44,470 bases of DNA, taken from a virus (Duplodnaviria; Caudoviricetes). The position numbers and the translations under genes were made by a program. The first letter of the stretch is position 1; each line of letters begins with the position of its first letter. Shown in pieces: positions 8,065 to 19,813 of this stretch. Under the pieces are notes generated by a model. It was not told the origin of the DNA. It was given only the letters and a program-made list of their open reading frames with translations, and searched no databases. Location of the stretch: the IMG/VR virus record IMGVR_UViG_3300008255_000195, positions 1 through 44,470 of that record. One strand, 5' to 3'.

Positions 8065-8092
8065 AGTATAGCACAAACAAATAATATGTCAA
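8065..8092 (-). promoter_or_regulatory. Antisense promoter facing the tRNA gene
   Basis: Minus strand TTGACA-16 nt-TATACT with TGTG extension. Confidence 0.5.
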
Positions 8093-8196
8093 TAGAAGAA
8101 AAAATAAAAAAATTAAAATTAAAATGGGAAAATGTTGGCTATTATAAAGATGACGAGCTAGAAATTATTATTTGTTATAATAAAAATAAAAAATAA
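8086..8196 (+). CDS. Small hypothetical protein (36 aa)
   Basis: MSIEEKIKKLKLKWENVGYY..., preceded by an AT-rich leader. Confidence 0.4.
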   Translation: MSIEEKIKKLKLKWENVGYYKDDELEIIICYNKNKK

Positions 8197-8206
8197 GGAG
8201 GAAGAA

Positions 8207-8329
8207 ATGAAAAAGAATTGTATTTGGTGTGGTAAATTACTACATCTGAGATTAAAGGATTCTCTTGCAATTTGCTGGAAATGTAGGAGAAAACACAAGA
8301 GGCAGAAAAGAAGCCGAAGGGGGTGTTAA
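8207..8329 (+). CDS. Small basic zinc-finger protein (40 aa)
   Basis: CIWC...CWKC, preceded by an AAGGAGG Shine-Dalgarno. Confidence 0.6.
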   Translation: MKKNCIWCGKLLHLRLKDSLAICWKCRRKHKRQKRSRRGC

Positions 8330-8608
8330 ATGCCTATTCACAATTCAAGACATCATCGCAAACCCAGAAGCCTTGGTGGACAAACTATACCAGAAAATAT
8401 TTCTAGTGTAGACATTAAAAAACACCAAGCGTGGCATACTCTATTCAATAATATGGAAGCACCATTGATTTGTAAAATGTTGAATAGAATATGGATTGAC
8501 CCGTCTTACACTTTCATCTGTGTAAGGAAAGATGAATATGAAGATGGAGAGTCTATTTCTGATTTAGAGATGAAGTATTACTTCAATCTCTACAAAAAGA
8601 GGAGGTGA
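8330..8608 (+). CDS. Small HNH-like protein
   Basis: SRHHRKPRSLGG...NIS.V....HQAWH.LF.N; ends in TGA inside AGGAGGTGA. Confidence 0.65.
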   Translation: MPIHNSRHHRKPRSLGGQTIPENISSVDIKKHQAWHTLFNNMEAPLICKMLNRIWIDPSYTFICVRKDEYEDGESISDLEMKYYFNLYKKRR

Positions 8609-8619
8609 TTCAAATCTAT

Positions 8620-8645
8620 ACGCCCAGTATAACAGCTGGGCGTTT
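8620..8645 (+). terminator. GC-rich hairpin, probable terminator
   Basis: ACGCCCAGT-ATAACA-GCTGGGCGT followed by TT. Confidence 0.55.
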
Positions 8646-8664
8646 AATTAAATAATTTAAATGT

Positions 8665-8997
8665 ATGGAACCTATATTTACAAAACAAGACTTTATAGAC
8701 GCAATGAATTATATTATAAATAAACAGGAAAAAGCTAATAAATTAAGTATAGCTATACAAGAATATTCTAATGATAAAGATTTCTCTGGATTCTTTGATA
8801 GTAGTAATGAAGTACATAATATTTTAAAAAATATTTATAATGATGTAGATGATTGAATTGGATATTGGCTTTATGAATTAGATTGTGGTAGATTAGCTAA
8901 AAGAAATAGTATTAAAATTGGTAAGAAAAATATACCTATAAAAACATTAGATGATTTATATAATTTACTAATTAAAGCTAATGAAGATAGAAATTAA
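8665..8997 (+). CDS. Phage hypothetical protein, 110 aa (TGA at 8854-8856 read through)
   Basis: NDVDD[TGA]IGYWLYELDCG...IPIKTLDDLYNLL continues in frame to TAA at 8997. Confidence 0.8.
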
Positions 8998-9391
8998 AAT
9001 ACCAGTTTATCTTTGAATAAAATATAAAACAAAACCTAGTAAGAGAGAATATCTTAATATGAATGGGTATCGTAACTGACATTTCTATTTATCCAATCAA
9101 TTAAAGAAAGATTTTAAAGCTATTGTTAGTCCTTTATTAGACTTTAAAGCTGATTATATAAACACAATGGAGTATCAATTATATTGGAAAGATAAAAGGA
9201 AAAGAGATAAAATGAACTACTATGCTGTTATAGATAAATATTTTATGGATTCTTTAGTAGAAAATGGTTGCTTGTCTGATGATAATGATAATTTTGTAGG
9301 TGATGTTTTATGCAAGAAACCTATACTAGATGAGAGTTTAAATGATTCTTATTGTTTAGTAACTATAAATTATGAAAGTAAAAACTTATAA
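8981..9391 (+). CDS. RusA-like Holliday junction resolvase, 136 aa (TGA at 9014 and 9077)
   Basis: LNMNGYRN[TGA]HF..SN..KK, RKRD..N....DK...D.LV..G...DDN...V. Confidence 0.75.
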
Positions 9392-9710
9392 AGACTTAGA
9401 AAATGGGATAAGTGAAACCCCAAGAAATAAGTTATCAACAAAACAAAAGCAAGTAATGGCTGTTATAATAAATTACTATGCTAGATTCCATAGATATCCT
9501 AGTATAAATAAAATAACTTATATATTATCTAGTATAGGTAGAACAAGTATATCTTCTATAGCTATATATGAAAGGATATTATGGTTAGTTAATAAAGGAT
9601 ATTTAATAAAGAATGAAGATAATAGATTCCAACCTACACAGAAAGCGTTGGATATAATATATAAAAAAGTAATAAGTAAATATACTAAGAGAATAAAAAA
9701 GACGGGCTAA
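9372..9710 (+). CDS. LexA-N-like winged-helix DNA-binding protein
   Basis: LSTKQKQV...I..Y......YPS...I...L......SI...I..LV.KGYL. Confidence 0.6.
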   Translation: MKVKTYKDLENGISETPRNKLSTKQKQVMAVIINYYARFHRYPSINKITYILSSIGRTSISSIAIYERILWLVNKGYLIKNEDNRFQPTQKALDIIYKKVISKYTKRIKKTG

Positions 9711-9725
9711 TAGCTCGTCCTTTTT
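9695..9725. terminator. Bidirectional terminator at the convergence of the two main transcription units
   Basis: A6-GACGGGCT-AAT-AGCTCGTC-C-T5. Confidence 0.75.
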
Positions 9726-9757
9726 ACATTGTCTATGAAAAATAGCAATACAATATT

Positions 9758-9786
9758 ATTATATAATAACTTAAAGCATTAGTCAA
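9758..9786 (-). promoter_or_regulatory. Promoter-like element pointing into the terminator
   Basis: Minus strand TTGACT-17 nt-TATAAT. Confidence 0.45.
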
Positions 9787-9788
9787 TA

Positions 9789-12557
9789 CTATTTTTTAGG
9801 AATACTACCAGTACTTGTAACTCCTAACTGTTCTCTTTGTGCTTCTGGAATATAATTCTTTTCAAAAGAACTAATTAATCCTTGTCTTTTTAATAAATCA
9901 TTTACCTGTTTAATAGCATCATCATCTGCATATTTAGTTAAATCATCTATTGTTAAGTCTGTCGTATTAATAGTAGAAACAATTTCTCTAAATGCAGATA
10001 TCATTTTTTGTGTTGCTGTATCTTCTTGATTCCACATATTCATTACACCTAAAGTTGTAGATAAAGTTCTCATACCTAATGTATCTACCCAATACTTTTT
10101 CATAGGGTCTATTGTATAAAAATGTTGTCCATCACCATATTCTATATCTTTAAAACCTAAAAACTTTTTAAGAGGTTCAGGTGCATTCTTATATTTCTTA
10201 CCATATATATCAGATGATATAGGCATTTTTTTATATAAATTATAGTCAGTGAATTTCTCTATTGGTATTTTAATAAGAGGTGTTAAACTGCCCATTATAG
10301 CAGACATAGGTTTTTGAAATGCAGCTAAAGCTTCTTCCATAGGAGTACCAAATCCACTAATTATTTTATTCCCAAGTTTAGCTAATATTTGATTCTGGTT
10401 ATAATCACCCATATTATCTCTATCTTCTTGAGTAATATCTCCTTGCATACTTCTTGCTGTTTTCATAATACCAGCATACTTACCAGTTTGACTAATCATT
10501 TGTTCTATTTGTAATGGTATATTATTCCTTGAAAAATTATAAAATGGTATAACTCTTTTTAAAACATTAGTTTCAAAGTCTGATAATCCCCAAGGATTAT
10601 AATTAAATTGATATTTATAAACTCTTTTAGCAGCTTCATCTATACCCATTCCTTTTTGTAATCCATCTACAAATAATGGTATTCTAATTCTAGTTTCTAC
10701 AGCTTCCATAGCAACCCTAGGAGCGTCTAATATTTTAGACATAGCACTAGCATATTCATCTGGATTAACAGACTTTAATACGTCCATCATACCAGCAGAA
10801 CCACCTAAGAAATTCCAATCTGAAGCAGCTTCTCTAATAGCTTTATAAGTCATTTCTGTTCCATCTTTTAATTTAAAAATACCATCTTTTCCCATAGCTA
10901 TATCGTTTCCTATTTTATATAATTTAGGATTTTTTAATCCAGCTATATAATTATTAAATACACCAGAAGTAAAGTTCCTTGTATGGAAAGCTGGGAACCA
11001 ACCCGTTACTGACCTCTTAAAAGTATTATTTACTTTATCATAATATTGTAAAAAAGGTAAAGTATCTTTTTTAGTACCACTCATAAATCTTAATACTTTT
11101 TTATAATCACTAGCAACTTCTATAGGTATTAATTGGTCTTTAAAACCTTTCATACCTACTGGTACATACTTTGCTTTAGTAATTGGGTCTATATAACCTT
11201 CTCCTATCTTTACTAAACCATCTGTTTTTTTACCAACTTCTTTTAATAAATTAGTAGTATAATCAAACTTATTTAATTCAGTTATAGAACCAACACCAGA
11301 ATTAATAATACTTCTAAAATAATTATCATCAAACATTTTAATACCAAACTTATTCATAGTGTGTTCATTTACTTCTTCAACAGTAGCTCTTGACCATTTA
11401 TATAATTTACCTCCATCATCTATAAAATCAAAACCACTATCTTTAGCAGCTTTTTTAAATCCTTTAGCTGTGTTAACTATAATACTATCACCACTTTCAT
11501 TTGTTAATTTAGCCCAACCAGCTCTTTTAGTAGATTTACTTTTAGTAATTAAATCAAATCCTGTCTGAAAGGTGTCTGGGTTTAATTTAAACATATCACT
11601 TGCTTCTTTACTTAATAAATGTGTAACATAATTTGGTATATCACCATCTATTAATCCATTTGTTTTTAATTGTTTAGCAAAAGCTGATTGTATATTTTGT
11701 AATGATTGTACACTTTCTCTTATAATATTATTTTCTATCTTATTTATATTACCAGATTCTGTAAGTTTCATAACATCTTTACCAGTATCAACAAATTTTT
11801 CATATAATTTCTTTCCTTTTAAACCAGTTTCTTTTTTAATTTCTTTTTTAATTATCTTAATATGTTTATCAACATTATCTACAAACTGTTCTTGTAATGC
11901 TTTATTTTTATGTAATGATTTATTAGCAGTATCAAATGTTTGTTTACCAAATATTTTATCAAAATGAGCAGAATCATAAAACTGTTTAAAACTTCTACCC
12001 ATATTATCTAAAAATTCTGCACCAATATCTGTTTGTCTAATAAGCTTTCCAGTTGTTTTACTTATTGATTTAGTTCCTTTTTTAATAGTAAGTGATACTG
12101 GATTAGGTAACCAACTTGTAGGGTCTAATATTATATCACCAGCTAATCCTAATATATCTACTACATCTATTTTACCAGACCTATCTTTCATTCTAAACTC
12201 ATCTGTAAGAACATCTTTAAATGTTTTTTTAACTTCAGGAGTAACATCTTTACCTGTGAATGCTTCATATAAACCAGTTTTAACATCATTAAAATAGGTT
12301 TTAAATCAATTTTTATTATTAACCATAGAGTTATAAGTAGCATTACCAGTTTCAAAAGCATTAACATATTGAGAAACTCTATTAAATACAGACATCTTAT
12401 CTTCTTTCTTAATAATCTTTTCTACTTCCTTACCTAAACCTAATTGATTAGCATACATTTGTAAGCCCTCTTTAGTAGCTAAATCATAACCACTAGCACT
12501 TTGGGTTGTATTAGTGGTTACTTTTTTACTACCTATTGTTTTAAATTCATAAGCCAT
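9789..12557 (-). CDS. Large internal virion/ejection protein, 922 aa (TGA at 12306-12308)
   Basis: ORFs 12306..12557 and 9789..12191 are one frame joined by a single TGA. FH.RN..S, E...R...F, F.Y..LS.FE...KR.IPFY.F.R.N pattern; last gene of the structural operon. Confidence 0.75.
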
Positions 12558-12558
12558 A

Positions 12559-15003
12559 TTATACTATAGTTAATCCAGTTATTTTACTCTTATCTATCAC
12601 GTGAGTTTTAACTTTTTCATCTAATGACCAGTTAGAATCTTTAACGGTTACCTTGTCTCCATCTACACTAACTATAAATCCAGTATGACCAGTATCTTTA
12701 TAAGGCATTACGAATACCATACCAGCTTTTGGTTCTGTTATGTTCGGGTTCATCTTAGCCATCTTAGATTTATAACTGTTTCCTAGACCTAAGCCAGTAT
12801 TTGCATTAACAAATCTTCCACATTGACCTCCTTTACTTCCTATTTCTGCTTGTGCTACATTTTCAGGTAGGGCTGAATTTGTGTCGCCCCCAACATTATT
12901 AAAACCTAAATCTGCCGCTGAAATCTCTCCTAATATATTATATATTTCTTTATCAGAATATGCTTGTTGTCGTAATAATTTTATTTGTGCTTGTGTTCTA
13001 GTTATATTATCTTTTTGCATAACAGTAGTAATATAATTCTCTGATATATTTCTTTGAAGATATTTTCTACCCTTATCAACTCTTTCATTATGTTTTATAA
13101 TATCAGAAACACTAGATTCTACATCAAAAGCAATTTGATTTGTTCCTTCATCTGATATATTTTGATAATCTTCATTAATTAAATAAAATTTATCCCACAA
13201 TGCATTCTTTTGTATTAAATAATCTGATTGTTGAATATTATTATTTTTATAATCTGTTTCTAATTTTCCTAAAGCCTCTATTAATTTTTCTTTATCTATT
13301 TTATAATCACCAACAAAATCCACATTATAAATTGGTTCTATTATATTATTAGTTGTTGCAATATCTTCGTCTATTATTGTAGTAGCTTTACCTCCATCAA
13401 CTAAAGAATCTTTATATGTTTGACTCATATTTATAGCAGATTGTATCTCATCTAAAGTCATAGATGGGTCCATGTATTGTAATGTATCAGGATATTGTTG
13501 AGCATAAGTACTATATACACCATATTTTAAATTAGCCATAGCTATTTTTTGAGATATAACTTCTTCACTATCATTTTCTAAATCAATAGGTTCTCCAAAC
13601 TTAGCTGCAGCAGTAGACATAAAATCTAATATAGTTTGTTTTTTTGTTTCTATTCTACTATTTATATCTGATAAAACTGCTATTTGATTATTTAATATAG
13701 AAGTATCAGATGATAAACCTTGTCTTACATTTACTCCAGCTTCATTCATTATACTTTGATAAGCACTAATCTGACTATTAACACTATTTTGCATTATAGT
13801 AAAATGGTCGTTAATAATATTATTAGCGTTCTGAGCATAACCCATACTAAGATTAGCAGCTGCTTGTAATCCAGCAAACTTACCAGCATTAGCTCTACTT
13901 AATACTCTTTGTGGAATACTACCATCTGGAGTGTCCATATAAACAGTATTAAATAATTGGTTAGCTTGTTGAACATATTGTTCAGCGTTAGCCATATTAC
14001 CCTCTATATTACTTTTACTTCAAGCTGCATTTACCATTTCGGGTATATTTCATTGTTCTAATGTGCTAGTAATCTTACCCTCCATATTCTTTAATATCTC
14101 ATTTTGAGTTTCCATATATTTAGATATAGATTCTCTTGATGTGTTTATAGCATCTAATAACATCTTCTCTGTTGCTGTATATTGTTCTAAAGCGTTAACT
14201 TCTGTATAAGTATTTAATGGGTCATTTTCAAACTTTTTTAATATATCATCAGTAGAACCATCAGAACCTTTTAATCCATCTGGCATAATATCATTCTCAT
14301 CTACAAAATCTGATAGATTAGTACCAGCTGTTCTTTTAGGAGCACCTAATTTAATTGCTTTTAATGCTTGGTCTACAGTAGTAGCACCAGCATACATATT
14401 CAATTCGTTTTGTGTAGCATTTCTACCGTGAAAAGCTGAGAAAGCAGCTTGTATAAAATCTGAATTAGCTGTTGTGCCAGCACCAGCTTGTCTAGCACTC
14501 TCTTCTACTTTCTTCATTAAATCTTCTACCCCAGAAGTAAATAAGTTTATATTCTGAGCTTGTGCATCATCTATACTAGCAGATAAATCTGTTAGTGTTT
14601 GTGTATATTGAGTTGTAAAATCTGATAATTGTTTATCAATATTTTGTTGTATCTCTGCATATTGAGTAGTTAAATCAGGAACTTGTGTATCAGGAACTTG
14701 TGTATCAGGAGCTTGTGTATCAGGAGCTTGTGTATCAGAAACTACTGTTTGTTGATTTAGATTAATTGAATAATCTACAACTCCAGTTATAGGGTCTGCT
14801 CTATAAGTAGGTAAAGAACTTGTAGGTGTAGGAGTAGTAGTAGGTGAACTTGATGTTGTTCTTGTAGCCGCACTACTAGAATCATATCCAAAATTAACTC
14901 TAGCATAATCTACATTTTGTTTATCTTCTAAACTCGCAGTACCAGACATTATCCTGTTAGTAGCTATATCCAATTCTTGTTGTTGTTGAGTTGTTAAAGC
15001 CAT
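12559..15003 (-). CDS. Ejection/pilot protein with C-terminal CHAP peptidoglycan hydrolase domain, 814 aa (TGA at 14050 and 14020)
   Basis: LEQ[TGA]NIPEMVNAA[TGA]SKSNIEGNMANAE joins two ORFs. C-terminus GGQCGRFVN...TGHTGFI..V....VTVKDSNW. Confidence 0.78.
14674..14738. repeat. 15-bp tandem repeat x4 encoding DTQ(A/V)P
   Basis: ATCAGGARCTTGTGT units. Confidence 0.9.
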
Positions 15004-15018
15004 AGTTTGTTATTTAAA

Positions 15019-16056
15019 TTAATTGTATCTTATATATTTAGGTTTCATCTTTCTAATATTCTGTTTTAATTTTGAAACATAATATTTTCTAATGTAACTA
15101 GAATATAAAGCTATTAAACTTTCTGAATCTTTTTTCTTTTCTGTTAAATTGTTCGACATACAATAATCGTAAGCTGCCCAATAAGATAAGAATTGAGCAC
15201 AATTATCTGGTAAGAAAGCTATATCTCTCCTATCACTTTCAAATACATCTGTTTCTTCTGTTATAGTATCTCCTAATACATCTAACCATTCCTCTCCTGT
15301 ACAAGTAGCAACACTAAAATCTATACCATTAGATGTAGCACCTAAAGCTCTTATAGCTGTTTGAATTAAGTTTAAAGTATTCTTACTTGCATCTGTATCT
15401 GCTAGTTTTATAAGTAAACTTGTAGCACTAGGATTAGTAACTGATAATGTATCTGATATGTTTTGAGATAAAGTAACAACTAAAGAACTACATACAGCAC
15501 TTTCATCTACTTCATCTTTTACATTACTTATAGTTAATTCTTTTCCAACAGCTTCTTCTACTGTTGCTGAATATGTTGCTTGTTGTAAAGTTAAAGTTGA
15601 ACTTGTAGGTTGATAGAATATTTTAATACCATCTGTAGAATCTGCTGTTGGTGTATGTAAAAATATTATTTCATTACCTTTGATAACGATGTCATTACTT
15701 TTATAAGTATTCGTATTACTAATGCTTTGACTTTCATTGTTTTCTTGTATTATATTTGCCTTAACATAAGTTCCATTAACACCACCTGTATTAACTTCTA
15801 TTCTTGTTAAATAATATAATGGTAAAGAACTAGCAAGAGTATAAGTTGATACTCCACTTTCTATATCTGATACAACATAATCTTCCATAACCTTTCATCT
15901 ACCACCAGCTTCAATAGCCAGAGCATAAGCCTTAGGAATAGCTTGATTTAGTCTAGTTAATATAGCAGTGTCTGGATAAGATGTATGTGCTGTTGATATA
16001 TAACTAGGACCAAATAAGAAGAATCTTGTATCACTTATTAAATCACTTTTGTACAT
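15019..16056 (-). CDS. Probable head-tail adaptor protein, 345 aa (TGA at 15895-15897)
   Basis: MYKSDLISDTRFFL...Y.D..IL.RLNQA...GGR[TGA]KVMEDY; YTL, IKIFYQ and LSYWAAYDY pattern. Confidence 0.65.
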
Positions 16057-16076
16057 ATATATTTTAAATTAATTAT

Positions 16077-16307
16077 TTATATAACCACTATATAAGTGCT
16101 TATATCACCAAATACTTTTATCTTTTTTTCTTCATAATTATATTCTACATAACCACTATAAAGACCATTAGAAAATGCGAATACTCCATTTTTACTTGTA
16201 TCTAAAGTAAAACTTTCTTGCCCATAATTTTTCATTTCACTGAATATACAAATAGACACAGAACTTTCTTCACTAATTATTATCTCTTTTTTATTTTTAT
16301 ATATCAT
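16077..16307 (-). CDS. Hypothetical virion-region protein
   Basis: ORF within the operon. Confidence 0.55.
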   Translation of the reverse strand: MIYKNKKEIIISEESSVSICIFSEMKNYGQESFTLDTSKNGVFAFSNGLYSGYVEYNYEEKKIKVFGDISTYIVVI

Positions 16308-16312
16308 ATTTT

Positions 16313-17920
16313 TTATCTATCCCAATAAGGTTTTAAATGTATCGTATCTACATCGGTACAAGTTATATCTTTATTAACTGTACTTTGTTCATATTTATCA
16401 TTATAAGAATTACCAATTTCTATTCCAGTTGCTGTTTGTATCCCAGCTATTTCAGCATCTCCTGATATTAAAAAGGATTTAGTATCTCCAATACTTCCAC
16501 TTGCTTTTGCTAACATAAAAGAAGAATATTTACTTCCAATTAATAAATCAAATGCAAAATCAGGTGTACTATCACTGTATATTGTGATTAAAGATGTATT
16601 AGATAACATATCAAATGATATAGCTGAGCTTCCATTACCTGCTGTTGTGTTAGATAAAGTTAAAGTTGAACCACTATAAGAATATAAATCAAAAATCATA
16701 CTAGAACTAGTAGAATTATAATATTGATATAATATATAATTTTCATCTATAACTTTAACATCAAAACTATCCATTATAACAAGACTACCTCCACTATCTT
16801 TAATAGGATATACTGTGTGGGTTGTCATAGTAGTACCAGAAACATCTACTATTGTTGAATAAAAGAACTCATACCAACTATTATTATTAACAAAAGTAGC
16901 TAAAAATTTAGTACTTGATATTTTTTCTATATTACAACTTTTAACTGTATATGTAGAATATAATCTTGCTTCAGTTGTACTATCACCAATAGTAACAGTT
17001 GTTCCATCAACAGTTCCAATTCTAGTTGTTAATGCTGGTGATATTCCATTATATTCTGCTAATATAATAGCAATTTTTGTACTAGATAAAGCACAAATAT
17101 CTAAATCATATATAGAATGTGTATTACTAACAGTATTTGCCGAACCCCAAGAAATACTTGTCCCAGATATAGTCCCAATTTTTATATTTATATTACAAGG
17201 AGTAGAACCATCTCTGTAAATAGCAGCTACTTTATTTGTATCTAATAAACATATTTTTCCAGAATAAGAATTACCAGAGTCTATAACTCCAGTTGATGAA
17301 AATACTACATCACCAGATGATATAGTACCAAATGTATATCTAAATTGAGATGGGTCTACATAAGTAAATAATGCTTGTGTATCACTAATTCTAACCCCAT
17401 CTAAAATATCATTTGTTGTAGAAATAGTTTTAGTGGTTCCTAATGAAATAATATTATTAGATATACTCCCATATAATCCATAACCATTAGTAGCATTACT
17501 GTTAATAGCAATAAAACTATTATTAGTTAATGCTACAACTTTTTTAGAATATTTTGTTCCAACACCAGTTGATGTATCACTATCAGTATCTTCTATATTA
17601 AAACTATCACCAGTTAAAACATCAGATTTATAAGCCTTTCCATCTGTTTTTATAGTAGCAAAATCACCAATAGTTATACCTTCTCCTAATATATAATCTT
17701 TACTTATATTTATAAGTTGGTTTACATCAGTAACAATATTTTTTGTCTTAGAAGTTGTTGTTCTATTAATCTCATATTGAGAATTAATAATAGCATCATT
17801 AGTATCAAAATCAGGTTTAACTAAATAACTTTTAAGTGTTTTATCTAAGCCTATATTTAAACTAATATCGTATTCTTCTTCTGTATATGATATTTTATTG
17901 TCTGTATAAAAAATTGACAT
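16313..17920 (-). CDS. Ser/Thr-rich beta-propeller-like tail protein
   Basis: Repeated GTISGT.IS.G and (L/I)xxLSSTK blades. Confidence 0.6.
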   Translation of the reverse strand: MSIFYTDNKISYTEEEYDISLNIGLDKTLKSYLVKPDFDTNDAIINSQYEINRTTTSKTKNIVTDVNQLINISKDYILGEGITIGDFATIKTDGKAYKSDVLTGDSFNIEDTDSDTSTGVGTKYSKKVVALTNNSFIAINSNATNGYGLYGSISNNIISLGTTKTISTTNDILDGVRISDTQALFTYVDPSQFRYTFGTISSGDVVFSSTGVIDSGNSYSGKICLLDTNKVAAIYRDGSTPCNINIKIGTISGTSISWGSANTVSNTHSIYDLDICALSSTKIAIILAEYNGISPALTTRIGTVDGTTVTIGDSTTEARLYSTYTVKSCNIEKISSTKFLATFVNNNSWYEFFYSTIVDVSGTTMTTHTVYPIKDSGGSLVIMDSFDVKVIDENYILYQYYNSTSSSMIFDLYSYSGSTLTLSNTTAGNGSSAISFDMLSNTSLITIYSDSTPDFAFDLLIGSKYSSFMLAKASGSIGDTKSFLISGDAEIAGIQTATGIEIGNSYNDKYEQSTVNKDITCTDVDTIHLKPYWDR

Positions 17921-17930
17921 TGTATTTTAT

Positions 17931-19352
17931 TTAAACTTCTTTAGTTTGACCTGTTAAATATATTTCTCTTATATGACAAGGTTTTGTAGTTGAACCAGTT
18001 GACCAATCTATAATTATTTTAAAATTCTTTATATCTACTATATCTATATTTCTAAATGTATGCATTATCTCACCAACGCTAGATATAGTTATATATCTAG
18101 CAGCACTTTCTGATTCACCATTTTTAACAATTTTTATTTTACAACCAGCACCAGTTTCTAAAGCATTAGTTCTAACCACTATATTTTTTATAATACCTAA
18201 ATTAATATCATTACTAGGAGTAAATACTAGTGATGTAGATTTTGATGTATTTGAATAACCACTATTTTTATAAATAGAAGTATTATCTGCAATAATTAAA
18301 GTAGAAAATGGAGTAGCTATTGTATGTATATTAGAATTACTAGCAAGTTTTGTTAATACAAATCCTTCACTAGTATCAACTTGACCAGTCTGATAGATAT
18401 ATCCATCTGAAAAAAAAGTTAAAAAACCTTTATACCAAGTAGTATTATTAAATTTAGGTAAATCTCCAGATACATATTGGAGTGGTGAAATTCTAGCACC
18501 ATTTACATAAGATACTGTAAATGCATCATCAGTTTCATCTTGGTTTGTTACATATATAATCCCATTTCTTACAAACATTGCTCCTATATATCCTCCTAAT
18601 TTAATAGTATCATCTGGTCCAAACTCTACAGGACTTCCAGAATCATCTACTGCTGATAAATCTGAACTATATATATTTATTACTGAATCACCTAGTCTAT
18701 CAACTGCCACATAAGTATTATAAATATTATCTTTTATATCTTTAACTATTGAACCAGACTTATAATCAGCTTCATTCATTGCTAAATAAACACCATCATA
18801 TATTCCTAAATATCTTTCATTACCAATCAAAAGAGCCACACCATTATTATGGAGTGGGTGATAATCTGATTTAACAAAAGTGTTAGAATCTGTTACTGCG
18901 TTTGTAGAACCTCAAGCATCAGTTCAAGTTGCAGCCAAATTCCATCTACCTATATCAGAAGCAGCTGCAGTATTATACATATAATATATATAACCATCAT
19001 ATTCTTCTATTGATATACCAGTAGCACCAGCAGGTAATTCTCTAATAGCAGTTGCTGTTGTTGCTGTTATACTCCAAATATAAGAAGCAGATATTCCATA
19101 AGTAGTATTATTATAAACATTTCTATCTATAATATCTACTATTGCTTCATAATTATTAGAATCATAAGAGTTAACAATAGTAAGACTTGTAAAAGCAGGT
19201 CCTTGTGTAATAGAAGATGGGTTAGATAAATCTACATCTACTAAGTCATTAAATTGTGTAGCACTTCCATAAGTAGAATTAGTATCTCTATATCATCTAG
19301 GAGATAATCCTTCAAAGGGTGGTTTAATTGTTATACTCCATTCTTGAGCCAT
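17931..19352 (-). CDS. Probable tail nozzle/stabilisation protein, 473 aa (TGA at 19293, 18924 and 18912)
   Basis: Continuous frame from ATG 19352 (MAQEWSITIKPPFEGLSPR[TGA]Y...GRWNLAAT[TGA]TDA[TGA]GST) into ORF 17931..18839; beta-rich. Confidence 0.7.
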
Positions 19353-19353
19353 T

Positions 19354-19608
19354 TTATATTTTTAAAAATTTAATCAATGTATATAAATCATCAGTACCAA
19401 ATATTTTCTCTTGAGTTTTTGGATTTAAATCTATATAATAAGGTGCCGATTTTATCTCATATCTATCAACAATATCCGTAAACATTTTATCTTGCTCATC
19501 TATTATTAGAATATCAGGTCGTGTTTTAATAGCAGATTTTCAAGAAGGACATTGGTTACAGGTCGTAGTAGTTACTAGTATTTTATTTGGATTTATTCTA
19601 TTAGCCAT
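19354..19608 (-). CDS. Glutaredoxin/thioredoxin-fold protein, 84 aa (TGA at 19540-19542)
   Basis: LVTTTTCNQCPS[TGA]K (CxxC) and YEIKSAP cis-Pro loop. Confidence 0.75.
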
Positions 19609-19609
19609 A

Positions 19610-19777
19610 TTATTTATTATCTTCTATAAATTTTGAATTATTTGATTTAATTACTGAGAAGTTTTTACGAGAACAAACTTCTGCTTTTTTCCCTGTGTTC
19701 ATCTGTGAAAGTGGTCTGTAATATCCCATTGTGCGAAGTCAAACTTCACACCTTGTTCTTGTTTTAGTAATATCCAT
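19610..19777 (-). CDS. Stand-alone NrdD C-terminal (glycyl-radical-loop-like) mini-protein, 55 aa (TGA at 19739-19741)
   Basis: RTRCEV[TGA]LRTMGYYRPLSQMNTGKKAEVCSR resembles the class III RNR C-terminal R..GY....N.GK..E...R motif. Confidence 0.85.
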
Positions 19778-19813
19778 AAATATATTATTTATTTTTATTA
19801 TATCTACTCCTCC

